Below, in pieces: positions 1-7,681 of a stretch of DNA of 13,900 nucleotides. This DNA is from Armatimonadota bacterium (GTDB lineage Bacteria; Armatimonadota; UBA10988). The stretch covers positions 1 to 13,900 of the forward strand of contig JACRKZ010000146.1 of the NCBI GenBank assembly GCA_016235455.1, read 5' to 3'. The translations under genes and the position numbers were made by a program. The notes beneath the pieces were generated by a model, which had not been told where the DNA came from, ran no database searches, and saw only the letters and a list, made by a program, of their open reading frames with translations. Numbering within the stretch: position 1 is the first letter of the stretch; each line of letters opens with the position of its first letter.

Positions 1-1
1 C

Positions 2-1441
2 TACGGCCTGGCCGCCGAGGACGGGCTGCACGTCTGGGACGCCGCCGACCCGGCACGACCGGCCGATGTCGGCAAGTCGCACACGCCGTCGATCGGTCGC
101 GCGCTGGCGGTGAGCAACGGTTACGCCTATGTGCTCGACTTGGAGGGTGGGCTGGGAGTGTACGACGTCTCCGAGCCCAGCGACCCACGCCGCCAGAGCT
201 ACTGTGACCTGCCCCAGGACGGCCTGGGTCTGGCCCTGCGGGGCAGGCGTGTGCTGGCGATCTGCGAGAACCAGACACTTCAGGCGTTCGATGTGGATAA
301 CCCCGGTGAGGTCAGACGCATTGGTCTGCTGCACCTGTCAGCCATGCCGCGCACGCTGTGTGTGAAGGACGACACCGCGTATGTCGGCACCGAAGACGGC
401 TTTCTGGTGGTCGACGTCTCGGACACGACCAACCCGCTGCTGGCGCGGACGCTGCCGCAACCAGCCCTGGCTGCGGCCACAGGCATGGCCGGCGACCGCC
501 TGGCGGTGGCTGACGACGATGGCGGCCTGCGGGTGCTCGACGTCGCTGACGCCACGACACCGGTGCTGGCCGGGTGCGCGCCGGTCGGCGCCGGCAGCGT
601 GGCCGTGGCGTCGTCGGGCAGTCTGGTCTGGTCGCTGGGCATCGAGGGCCTGCTCACCTGCCTCGACCTGCACGATCGGGCCCATCCGCGGCCGATCGGC
701 AGTGTACGGCTGGAGGGTCGGCCGCGGCACATCGCCGCGGACGCCGGTCTGCTGATTGCGCTCGGCGGCGAGTCGGGCCTGCAGGTGGTCGACACGAGCC
801 AGCCCGCGCAGCCGCGGCTGGTGGGCCGGCTGGCAATTGACGGCGACACGGGGCGGCCGGCGCTCCGCGGTCGGCGGGTTGTCTTGCCGGCCGGTCGACG
901 CGGCGTCATCGTAGTCGACCTCACCGACGCCGCCAAGCCGCGCCAGTTGAGCACGTACCTGTGCTTGTCGGTGGTGCAGGCCGTGGCGCTGGCAAGTCCC
1001 GACTGGGCGTATGTGTTGGGCGACCGGCAGCACTACCTGCTAGACCTGCGTCAGCCCGAGCGACCGCGTGAGGTGGCCACGTTCGGCACGTGGGGACGCG
1101 CCATGGCCATGGCGGCCAGCGACGGGTTGCTGGTGGCCGCCTCCAAGTACCGCGGTCTGCAGTGCTTCGGCCTGCAGCCTGGCCGGGAGCCGATGCTGCT
1201 GGCGGAGCTGGAGAGCAGCGACACGGTGCGCGACATGGCCTGTGACGGTGCGCGCGTCTACGAAGCTACCAAAGAGTCCGGGCTGGTGGCGATTGATGTG
1301 CGGGACCCGCTGGATCCGCGCCGCCTGGGCCAGGAGTACGGCTGGCTGCCCGCGCGGGCGCTGGCCTTGGGGCCGGGCTGGCTGGTCTCGGCGGAAGGCC
1401 CGGCCGGGCTGACCGTGTGGTCGATCCCGGCCGGGCGGTAG
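2..1441 (+). CDS. LVIVD-repeat beta-propeller-like protein, 5'-truncated by the window edge
   Basis: The frame is open from position 2 (YGLAAEDGLHVWDAADPARP...) to TAG 1439-1441. About 12 repeats of roughly 40-43 aa with a G-L-x-V-x-D-x-x-x-P-x-x-P core (GLHVWDAADP, GLGVYDVSEP, GFLVVDVSDT, GLRVLDVADA, GLQVVDTSQP, GVIVVDLTDA, GLVAIDVRDP), typical of LVIVD repeats. Confidence 0.85.
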   Translation, partial: YGLAAEDGLHVWDAADPARPADVGKSHTPSIGRALAVSNGYAYVLDLEGGLGVYDVSEPSDPRRQSYCDLPQDGLGLALRGRRVLAICENQTLQAFDVDNPGEVRRIGLLHLSAMPRTLCVKDDTAYVGTEDGFLVVDVSDTTNPLLARTLPQPALAAATGMAGDRLAVADDDGGLRVLDVADATTPVLAGCAPVGAGSVAVASSGSLVWSLGIEGLLTCLDLHDRAHPRPIGSVRLEGRPRHIAADAGLLIALGGESGLQVVDTSQPAQPRLVGRLAIDGDTGRPALRGRRVVLPAGRRGVIVVDLTDAAKPRQLSTYLCLSVVQAVALASPDWAYVLGDRQHYLLDLRQPERPREVATFGTWGRAMAMAASDGLLVAASKYRGLQCFGLQPGREPMLLAELESSDTVRDMACDGARVYEATKESGLVAIDVRDPLDPRRLGQEYGWLPARALALGPGWLVSAEGPAGLTVWSIPAGR

Positions 1442-1446
1442 GTCGG

Positions 1447-2556
1447 TCAGATTTGCTCGAAGGTGGTGGTCAGCACTTGCGTCTGGCCGGTCTCGGCGGC
1501 CTTGTAGCCAGCCTCGATCAGTTCGATGACATGGCGCGCGTGTTCGGCGGTGCTCACCGTCGGCGTGCCGTCGCGGACCAGGTCCACGAGCTGCATGATG
1601 TCCTCGAAGACATGCCCCTCGTCCATGTCACGGTGCGCGCCGACGTTGTGCGGCAGCGCATGGTTGCCCTCCAGCTCGCCGCGCAGCGCGTAGTCGATGG
1701 GCTGGCCGTTGATCTGGTCGCCGGTGATGCTGCCCTTGGTGCCAAAGAAGCTGGGCCTTGCGAAGGCGAACGGCGAGCCGGCCAGCACGCCGTAGATGTA
1801 GGCGAACACGTTGTCGCCGAAGTCGGCGACGAGCATGGTGTTGTCGTGGGCGTCGCAGGGATACATCTGGCCCTTGAACTCACGCTCGGTCATGGCGGTA
1901 CCGGAGAAGCCGGTGACGCGCTTGGCCGGCCCGAGGATGCCGGTCAGGCCGTGCAGGCCATAGACGGTCATGTCATACATTGGGCCGCCGCCCGGCTGAC
2001 GCCAGTACCACGCCGGGTTGATGTTGGAGAGCAGGTCATCGCCCTTGCGCACACCTTCGTTTTCGTGGTAGGTGCCAAAGGCCGCGCCGGTCACCGCCCA
2101 GGCTAGCCGGCCCAGCGCGCCCTCGCGGATCAGCTCGCGGATGCGCCGGTTGAGCGGGCGTAGCATCTCGCCGGGGCAGGCCACGATCTTCACGCCGGCG
2201 GCCTCGGCCGCGTCGATCAGGGTGTTGGCCTCGGCCACGGTGGTGGTCATGGTCTTGTTGAAGTGCATGTGCTTGCCGGCGGCGACGGCGGCCATGCCCT
2301 GGTCGAAATGCACGCCGATGGGCGAGCCGATGGTGACCAGGTCGACCTGGTCGTCGGCCAGCAGCTCGTCGTAGCTCTCATAGGCCCGGGCCACGCCGTA
2401 CTTGTCGGCGGCGGCCTGGGCTCGGCCAGGCACGGGGTCGCACACGGCGGCCAGATAGCAGCGGTCCTGCACGTCGTCTTGGCATAGGTGCTGCAGGGCG
2501 CCCCGAATGCCGATGCTCCCGGCGCCGACGACGCCGATCCCCAGTCTCTTGGACAT
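1447..2556 (-). CDS. Gfo/Idh/MocA family NAD(P)-dependent oxidoreductase, cytoplasmic
   Basis: N-terminal Rossmann motif IGVVGAGSIG, then AVCDP, YESYDELLAD..VDLVTIGSP..HF and GGGPMYDMTVY. SD GGAGGA at 2566-2561 before ATG 2556. No signal peptide. Confidence 0.9.
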   Translation of the reverse strand: MSKRLGIGVVGAGSIGIRGALQHLCQDDVQDRCYLAAVCDPVPGRAQAAADKYGVARAYESYDELLADDQVDLVTIGSPIGVHFDQGMAAVAAGKHMHFNKTMTTTVAEANTLIDAAEAAGVKIVACPGEMLRPLNRRIRELIREGALGRLAWAVTGAAFGTYHENEGVRKGDDLLSNINPAWYWRQPGGGPMYDMTVYGLHGLTGILGPAKRVTGFSGTAMTEREFKGQMYPCDAHDNTMLVADFGDNVFAYIYGVLAGSPFAFARPSFFGTKGSITGDQINGQPIDYALRGELEGNHALPHNVGAHRDMDEGHVFEDIMQLVDLVRDGTPTVSTAEHARHVIELIEAGYKAAETGQTQVLTTTFEQI

Positions 2557-2580
2557 ACGATCCTCCAGGTTCGCGAGTGC

Positions 2581-3465
2581 TCAGAATACCGTGACCGGCG
2601 CGCGCAACGCCACCAGCCCATACAGGTCGCGCGCATCCACCAGGTGCAGGCGGATGCAGCCGTGCGATGCGGCGGCGCCCAGCGCGTCGTAGTACTGGGG
2701 TGCCGTGGCGTGGATGGCGTGGCCCTGGTAGTAGTGCATGGCATAGCGCATGCGCCAGGCGCTGTTCAGGCTGCTGTAGTGGTCGACCGACTTGGCGTAG
2801 ATGCGAAACTCGCCGAAGTGGTCGTGGCCGCCGCCACCGGGCGACCCGCCCGAACACACGAAGTAGCGCACCAGCAGGCCGTCCTTCTGCAGGTACATGC
2901 GCTGCTGCTCGTGGTCCGAGAGGCGCACGAAGATGCCGTCGGCGCGCTGGTTGGCCAGGTCGGCTGGCCGGTAACGCAGCCACTTGGCCGCCGTCGCGCA
3001 GACCTTGCCGTCGCTGTTGTAGCCCTTGACCTTGAGCGTCAGCCCGATGCAGTCGAGCCCCGGCGGGACCCAGTCGACGCTGCCCGAGCCCGAGCGCTCC
3101 GTGGGCCGGACCACGACGACCTTGCCGTAGATCTGCTGGCCGCCGCGGGTCACTCCCTCGGCCCAGGCCAGGACCTCGGTGGAGACGATGCCAGGGCCGG
3201 CCGCCCAGGCGAGTGTGGTGCTCCGGCCCTCCACGACCTCGCTGGGTAGCGACTGGAAAGCGAGGTCATGCACCGGCGGCGCGACCGGGGGGCGCGGCGC
3301 CGGTGCGTCGACGATCACCAGGTCGGCCGGGGCCAGGCTGAGCGCGGGTTCGCTGGCCACCGAGGGGGCCGCGCTGACGACCGGAATCTCCTGCGCTCTG
3401 GACTGCGCCAGACAGACCGAGCACCACAAAGACAAGCCACTCAGCCAAGCCAACCTATGAGCCAT
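2581..3465 (-). CDS. Secreted L,D-transpeptidase (YkuD domain) with Pro-rich linker and N-terminal beta domain
   Basis: C-terminal catalytic motif AIHATAPQYYDALGAAASHGCIRL (H-x14-17-SHGC), preceded by LSDHEQQRMYLQKDG..VCSG and followed by GEFRIYAK and MRYAM. Signal-like N-terminus ending CLA-Q. Purine-rich GAGGGAGGG just upstream of ATG 3465. Confidence 0.85.
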   Translation of the reverse strand: MAHRLAWLSGLSLWCSVCLAQSRAQEIPVVSAAPSVASEPALSLAPADLVIVDAPAPRPPVAPPVHDLAFQSLPSEVVEGRSTTLAWAAGPGIVSTEVLAWAEGVTRGGQQIYGKVVVVRPTERSGSGSVDWVPPGLDCIGLTLKVKGYNSDGKVCATAAKWLRYRPADLANQRADGIFVRLSDHEQQRMYLQKDGLLVRYFVCSGGSPGGGGHDHFGEFRIYAKSVDHYSSLNSAWRMRYAMHYYQGHAIHATAPQYYDALGAAASHGCIRLHLVDARDLYGLVALRAPVTVF

Positions 3466-3466
3466 G

Positions 3467-3500
3467 GAACCCTCCCTCTACCAGCATGGGGCGAGGGTTC
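3467..3500 (-). promoter_or_regulatory. Inverted repeat overlapping the L,D-transpeptidase ribosome-binding site
   Basis: GAACCCTC (3467-3474) and GAGGGTTC (3493-3500) are perfect reverse complements. On the minus-strand mRNA the 3' arm contains most of the SD-like GAGGG and ends 1 nt before the AUG. Confidence 0.45.
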
Positions 3501-3523
3501 GACGGCGGCCAGGGCGTTCCTTT

Positions 3524-4690
3524 TCAGCCCATCGGGTTGACTGCGCTGCCGTTGCGGAACACGGTGAAGTGCAGGTGCGGCCCGGTGGACCAGCCGGTGC
3601 TGCCGACTCGGGCCACGGGCTGGCCTTGGCTGACATGCGCGCCGTCGCCCACGATGAGCGAGGAGCAGTGGCCGTACATGGTCACATACCCATTGCCGTG
3701 GTTGATCATGATGGTGTTGCCATAGGCGTTCATCCAGCCGGCATGAACCACGGTGCCGCCGGCCGCCGCGCGAATGGTGGTGCCGTAGCCCGCGCCGATG
3801 TCCACGCCGTCATGAAAGCGCCGTGTGCGCAGAATGGGGTGGATGCGCCAGCCATAGGCGCAGGTGACGCGCCCGCCGCAAGGCCGGATGAACTTGCCGC
3901 TGAACGAGCCATTGACGCCGCCGCCACCCATGGGATTGCGCAGCCGTTCGAGCGCCTCGTCGATCTTGCGTTGCGTGGCCTGGAGTTCGTCGTAGATCTC
4001 GTCCTGCCGCGCGCGCTCGTTCTTCACGTCGTTGAGGATGTCGCGGCGCTCGTCGCGCTTGGCGCGCAGTTCGTTGCGCGCCGCGGTCTCGCGGGACTTG
4101 AGGCGGGCCAGTTCGGCGACGGTCTGTTCGCGGGTCTGCGCCAGGGCCAGCCGCTCGCCACGCTCTTGCTCGATGGACTTCTTGAGTTCCATGTCCTGCT
4201 CGGCGATGCGCCTCAGCAGCATGGAGCGGTCGACGAACTGCTCGAAGTCGGTGGCTCCCAGCGCCACCGACATGTAGCCCAGCGTGCCTTGCTTGTAGAA
4301 CACCTCCATGCGCGCCCAGAAGGCGTCCATGTGCTTGGCGAGCTTGGCGTCCACCACCTTCAGGCGGTCCTGCGTGGCATCGAGCTTGTCCTGGGCGGCG
4401 TCGAGCCGTAACCGCGTCTCGCGCAAATCGGTGTCGGCCGCGCTGAGCGCCTGCTGCGAGGCATAGAGCGCCTCTGTGGCCGAGCGCTGCTTGCGCTTGG
4501 TCTCGCGCAGCTTGGCCTCAACCGCCTCGCGCTTCTGCACCGTGGTGCTGCGCTTGGCTTTGAGCTTGGCCTCACGCGAGGCCTGCGCGGAGGCCGGCGA
4601 CATGCTCCACAGTGCCAGGCCCAGGCCCCCGGCCAGAGCCGCGGCCTGCCACACGCGCCGAGGCAGCGTTCTGCTGTTGGTGATCATCAC
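3524..4690 (-). CDS. Coiled-coil M23 (LytM) peptidoglycan endopeptidase, EnvC-like FtsEX partner
   Basis: Signal peptide ending ASA-Q, long heptad coiled coil with the YKQG..YMSVALGATDFEQFVDR segment of CwlO/EnvC-like proteins, and a C-terminal M23 domain with HDGVD (HxxxD), YGNT, YGHCS and STGPHLHF (HxH). Starts 3 nt after the ftsX stop; start is GTG 4690 or ATG 4687. Confidence 0.9.
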   Translation of the reverse strand: MMITNSRTLPRRVWQAAALAGGLGLALWSMSPASAQASREAKLKAKRSTTVQKREAVEAKLRETKRKQRSATEALYASQQALSAADTDLRETRLRLDAAQDKLDATQDRLKVVDAKLAKHMDAFWARMEVFYKQGTLGYMSVALGATDFEQFVDRSMLLRRIAEQDMELKKSIEQERGERLALAQTREQTVAELARLKSRETAARNELRAKRDERRDILNDVKNERARQDEIYDELQATQRKIDEALERLRNPMGGGGVNGSFSGKFIRPCGGRVTCAYGWRIHPILRTRRFHDGVDIGAGYGTTIRAAAGGTVVHAGWMNAYGNTIMINHGNGYVTMYGHCSSLIVGDGAHVSQGQPVARVGSTGWSTGPHLHFTVFRNGSAVNPMG

Positions 4691-4693
4691 GGC

Positions 4694-5581
4694 TCAAGCT
4701 TCCTTGAGGAACTGCCGCATGGAGATAAGCGAACTGCCGATGCCGATCACCGCGCCCAGCGCGCTCAGGCCCAGCGTGTAGGACCAGAGGAGCGTTTCGG
4801 GCTTGACCAGCCGCAGGAAGGGCAGCAGGCTCTCCGCGACGTGGGCCATGTGCCGGTACAGCGCGAAGGTGACGACCACCGCCAGCAGACCGCCAACCAG
4901 GCCGTGAAACAGCCCTTCGAGCATGAACGGCACGCGGATGAACCAATCCGTCGCGCCCACGAGTTGCATGATGCGTATCTCGCGCCGCCTGGCATAGATG
5001 GTCAGGCGGATAGCGTTGCTGATGATGGCACAAGTTGCCAGTGCGAGCAAGATCAGCGCCACATAGCCCGCCAGTCGCACTTGCTTGAGCAGGTCGTTGA
5101 GCAGGCGCACCACCTGGCCACCATAGCTCACGTCGGTCACGCCGGCCATGCCCTTGAGCTGCTTGGCCACGGCGTCGATGGCCTTGGAGTCACGCGGGGT
5201 CACACTGAACTTGGCTGGTAGCCGACCGTCGGCCTCGCCGCCCAGGCTGTCGAGCACCGGGCTGTCCAGCTCCTTGCGCAGGCGCTCGAACGCCTCCTTG
5301 CTGGACACATAGGCCACGTCGCGCACTTCGGGCAGGGCGCGGATGGCCTTCTCCAGCTTGTCCGTTTCCTCAGCCTTCAGGTCCTTGGCCAGGAACGCGC
5401 TGATCTGGGCCTTGCGCGCCTCCTCCAGCAGGATGTTCTGCAGGTTGGTGTTGGCCAGGTTGAACAGGCCGAAGACCACCAGCGAGCACATCACGGTGAT
5501 CACCGCGGCGAGCGTCAGCAGGCCGTTGCGGCGCAGATTGGTGAGCAGCTCGCCCAGCAGAAACTCAGTCCTCTGTAGCAT
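4694..5581 (-). CDS. ftsX: Cell division permease-like protein FtsX
   Basis: Starts [27 protein letters not shown] at ATG 5581 with SD AAGGAG. TM1, extracytoplasmic loop with YVSSKEA, hallmark ISNAIRLTIYARRREIRIMQLVGATDWFIRVPFMLEG, three further TM segments; 295 aa. Confidence 0.95.
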   Translation of the reverse strand: MLQRTEFLLGELLTNLRRNGLLTLAAVITVMCSLVVFGLFNLANTNLQNILLEEARKAQISAFLAKDLKAEETDKLEKAIRALPEVRDVAYVSSKEAFERLRKELDSPVLDSLGGEADGRLPAKFSVTPRDSKAIDAVAKQLKGMAGVTDVSYGGQVVRLLNDLLKQVRLAGYVALILLALATCAIISNAIRLTIYARRREIRIMQLVGATDWFIRVPFMLEGLFHGLVGGLLAVVVTFALYRHMAHVAESLLPFLRLVKPETLLWSYTLGLSALGAVIGIGSSLISMRQFLKEA

Positions 5582-6332
5582 CGCCTGCTCCTTGCTCGTC
5601 CGCGGCCGGCTCGCTGATCTCTTCCTCGCGCGGGGCGTCGAAATGGTCGTCGCCCTGGCGGTCGTAGCCGCCAACGGCATCGCGCGCCACGCGCCCCGAG
5701 TCCAACTCCACCACGCGCTTGGCCAGCAGGTTGACGATCTCGCGGTCGTGCGTGGCCACGATGACCGTGGTGCCCGACTCGTTGATGGACTCCAGCAGGT
5801 GGATGACGTCCAGGCTGGTCTCGGGGTCGAGGTTGCCCGTGGGCTCATCGGCCAGGAGAACCGTGGGGTCGTTGACCAGTGCGCGGGCGATGCTCACGCG
5901 CTGCTGCTCGCCGCCCGACAGCTGGCCCGGCATCGACGTGGCGCGATGCGCCAGGCCCACGCGGCCCAACGCCGACAGCGCGCGCTGGTGGATGTCCCGC
6001 GGCTCGGCGCCGATGACCTGCAGCGCGTAGCTGACATTCTCCACCGCGTTCTTGTAGGGCAGCAGGCGGAAGTCCTGAAAGACGACGCCCAGCCGTCGGC
6101 GGAGCAGCGGAATGTGTTTGGCCTCGAGCTGGGTGACGTCGTCGTCACCCACGTAGACGCTGCCCTCGGTGGGCAACAGCTCGCGGTAGAGCAGCTTCAT
6201 CAGCGTGCTCTTGCCTGAGCCGGTGCTGCCCACCAGGAACACGAACTCGCCATCGGGGATGGTCAGGTTCACCCGGCTGAGCGCTTCGACTTTGCCGTCA
6301 TATCGGACGGTGACGTTGCGAAATACGATCAT
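5565..6332 (-). CDS. ftsE: Cell division ATP-binding protein FtsE
   Basis: [11 protein letters not shown] from ATG 6332 with SD AGAGGA. Walker [19 protein letters not shown], signature [14 protein letters not shown], Walker B/D-loop [17 protein letters not shown]. Directly upstream of ftsX with a 17-nt overlap. Confidence 0.95.
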   Translation of the reverse strand: MIVFRNVTVRYDGKVEALSRVNLTIPDGEFVFLVGSTGSGKSTLMKLLYRELLPTEGSVYVGDDDVTQLEAKHIPLLRRRLGVVFQDFRLLPYKNAVENVSYALQVIGAEPRDIHQRALSALGRVGLAHRATSMPGQLSGGEQQRVSIARALVNDPTVLLADEPTGNLDPETSLDVIHLLESINESGTTVIVATHDREIVNLLAKRVVELDSGRVARDAVGGYDRQGDDHFDAPREEEISEPAADEQGAGDATED

Positions 6333-6413
6333 GATCCTCTGACTATGTCTGGCCTCCACGCCATGCATGACACGGCGCGCGGCGCGTGTTGCCCCCTCTT
6401 AGTGGACGCGGCG

Positions 6414-6440
6414 GCGCGCGATTAGTTTCGCATCGCGCGC
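6414..6440. repeat. Inverted repeat in the divergent ftsE/GT2 intergenic region
   Basis: GCGCGCGAT (6414-6422) and ATCGCGCGC (6432-6440) form a perfect 9-bp stem around a 9-nt spacer. Confidence 0.4.
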
Positions 6441-6473
6441 GCCGGCGAGAAGGTCTCGCACCGCGACTGTCCA

Positions 6474-6482
6474 ATGCTAGCA
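6474..6482 (-). promoter_or_regulatory. Candidate extended -10 promoter element for the ftsE operon
   Basis: Minus strand reads TG-C-TAGCAT (TGnTAnnnT) about 140 nt upstream of the ftsE ATG. No convincing -35. Confidence 0.3.
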
Positions 6483-6505
6483 ACCCGTCGACAAAGGAGG
6501 CGTGC

Positions 6506-7681
6506 GTGGCCCTGGTGGCGTGGATCATGACTGTGGGCGGCCTGCTGGGCCTGGTCTACGTGCTGTTGGGCTATCCGCTGCTCATGGCGGCTTGGGCTCG
6601 GCTGCGCCCGTGGCCGGTGACCCCCGACGCCGGCGCGCCGCTGCCGCGTATCAGCCTGTTCCTGGTCTGCTACAATGAGGAGACGGTGCTGCCCGCCAAG
6701 CTGGCCAGCCTCGCGGCGCAGGACTATCCGCCCCATCTGGTCGAGTTCATGCTGGCCGATGACGGCTCCTCCGATCGCACCCGCGAGCTGCTCGCCGAGT
6801 TCTGTCAGCGGCCTGATATGGCTGGTCGCGCGCGGCTGGCCGAGCCTATCGGCAACACCGGCAAGCCCACCCAGGTCAACCGCATGGTGCTCGAAAGCAC
6901 CGGCGACATCCTCATCTTCAACGACGCTCGCCAGCCGCTCGAGCCACAGTCGTTCCGCGCTGTCGCGGCGGCACTGAGCGACCCTAACGTCGGTGGCGGC
7001 ACCGGCGCGGTGGCGTACCGCCCCGCCGACGGTTCACCCGTGATGGTCGGCGCCTACTGGCGCTACGAAAGCGCGATCCGCGTCTGCGAGTCGGCGGTGC
7101 ATAGCTGCACCAGCGGCGCCGGCCCGCTGATGTGCTGTCGGCGCGAGCTGTATCGTCCAATGCCCGCCGCCTTGGTGCTGGATGACATCCTCACGCCGAT
7201 TCGAGTCGTCCTGGCACGACGCAGGTTTGTCTACATTCCCGACGCCGTGGCCGTCGAGACCTTCGCCATGGACCCGCGCCACGAGTTCCGCCGCCGCGTG
7301 CGCAACGCCGCCGGCGTCATCCAGGCCATCCGGGCCGACCTGAGCACGCTCGTGCCCTGGCGTAATCCTGTCTGGCTCCAGTTCTGGTCGCACAAGTGCG
7401 GGCGCCTGGCCGTTCCGTTCCTGCTGGCGGCGGTGTTGCTGGGCTCAGTGCTCGGCCTCGGCGGGCATCCGTGGTTCCGCTGGCTGCTGGTCGGGCAGGT
7501 GCTGTTCTACGCCTACGCCGAGCTGGGTTGGCTGACCGCCCGGAGCCGGTGGTCGCCGCCCGGTTCGCGCTTGGCGCTGAGCCTGGTCATGCTGGGCCTG
7601 GTGACGATCGGCGGCTTCTGGCGCGAGCTGCGCGGCGTGACCACCGCCGCTTGGGGCTCCGACGAGACAAGACGACGATGA
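6506..7681 (+). CDS. Family 2 glycosyltransferase, membrane-anchored, CESA-like (PgaC/IcaA-like subgroup)
   Basis: SD AAGGAGG 6494-6500 then GTG 6506. N-terminal TM with GYP, ISLFLVCYNEE, ADDGSSDRT, GK, IFNDA, YWRYES.IR..ES, VLDD, EFRRRVRNAAG, QFWSHK..R, and C-terminal TM helices. Confidence 0.9.
   Translation: MALVAWIMTVGGLLGLVYVLLGYPLLMAAWARLRPWPVTPDAGAPLPRISLFLVCYNEETVLPAKLASLAAQDYPPHLVEFMLADDGSSDRTRELLAEFCQRPDMAGRARLAEPIGNTGKPTQVNRMVLESTGDILIFNDARQPLEPQSFRAVAAALSDPNVGGGTGAVAYRPADGSPVMVGAYWRYESAIRVCESAVHSCTSGAGPLMCCRRELYRPMPAALVLDDILTPIRVVLARRRFVYIPDAVAVETFAMDPRHEFRRRVRNAAGVIQAIRADLSTLVPWRNPVWLQFWSHKCGRLAVPFLLAAVLLGSVLGLGGHPWFRWLLVGQVLFYAYAELGWLTARSRWSPPGSRLALSLVMLGLVTIGGFWRELRGVTTAAWGSDETRRR

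Noticed and set aside
1447-2556. The Gfo/Idh/MocA enzyme as periplasmic redox partner of the ApbE/FGE pair
   Set aside because: It has no export signal, lies about 7 kb away and sits at the end of the ftsEX block.
3490-3510. GGTTCGA resembling a tRNA T-loop or integration-site remnant
   Set aside because: Flanks GAGGG and GCGGC do not form a T-stem, and there is no acceptor stem or CCA.
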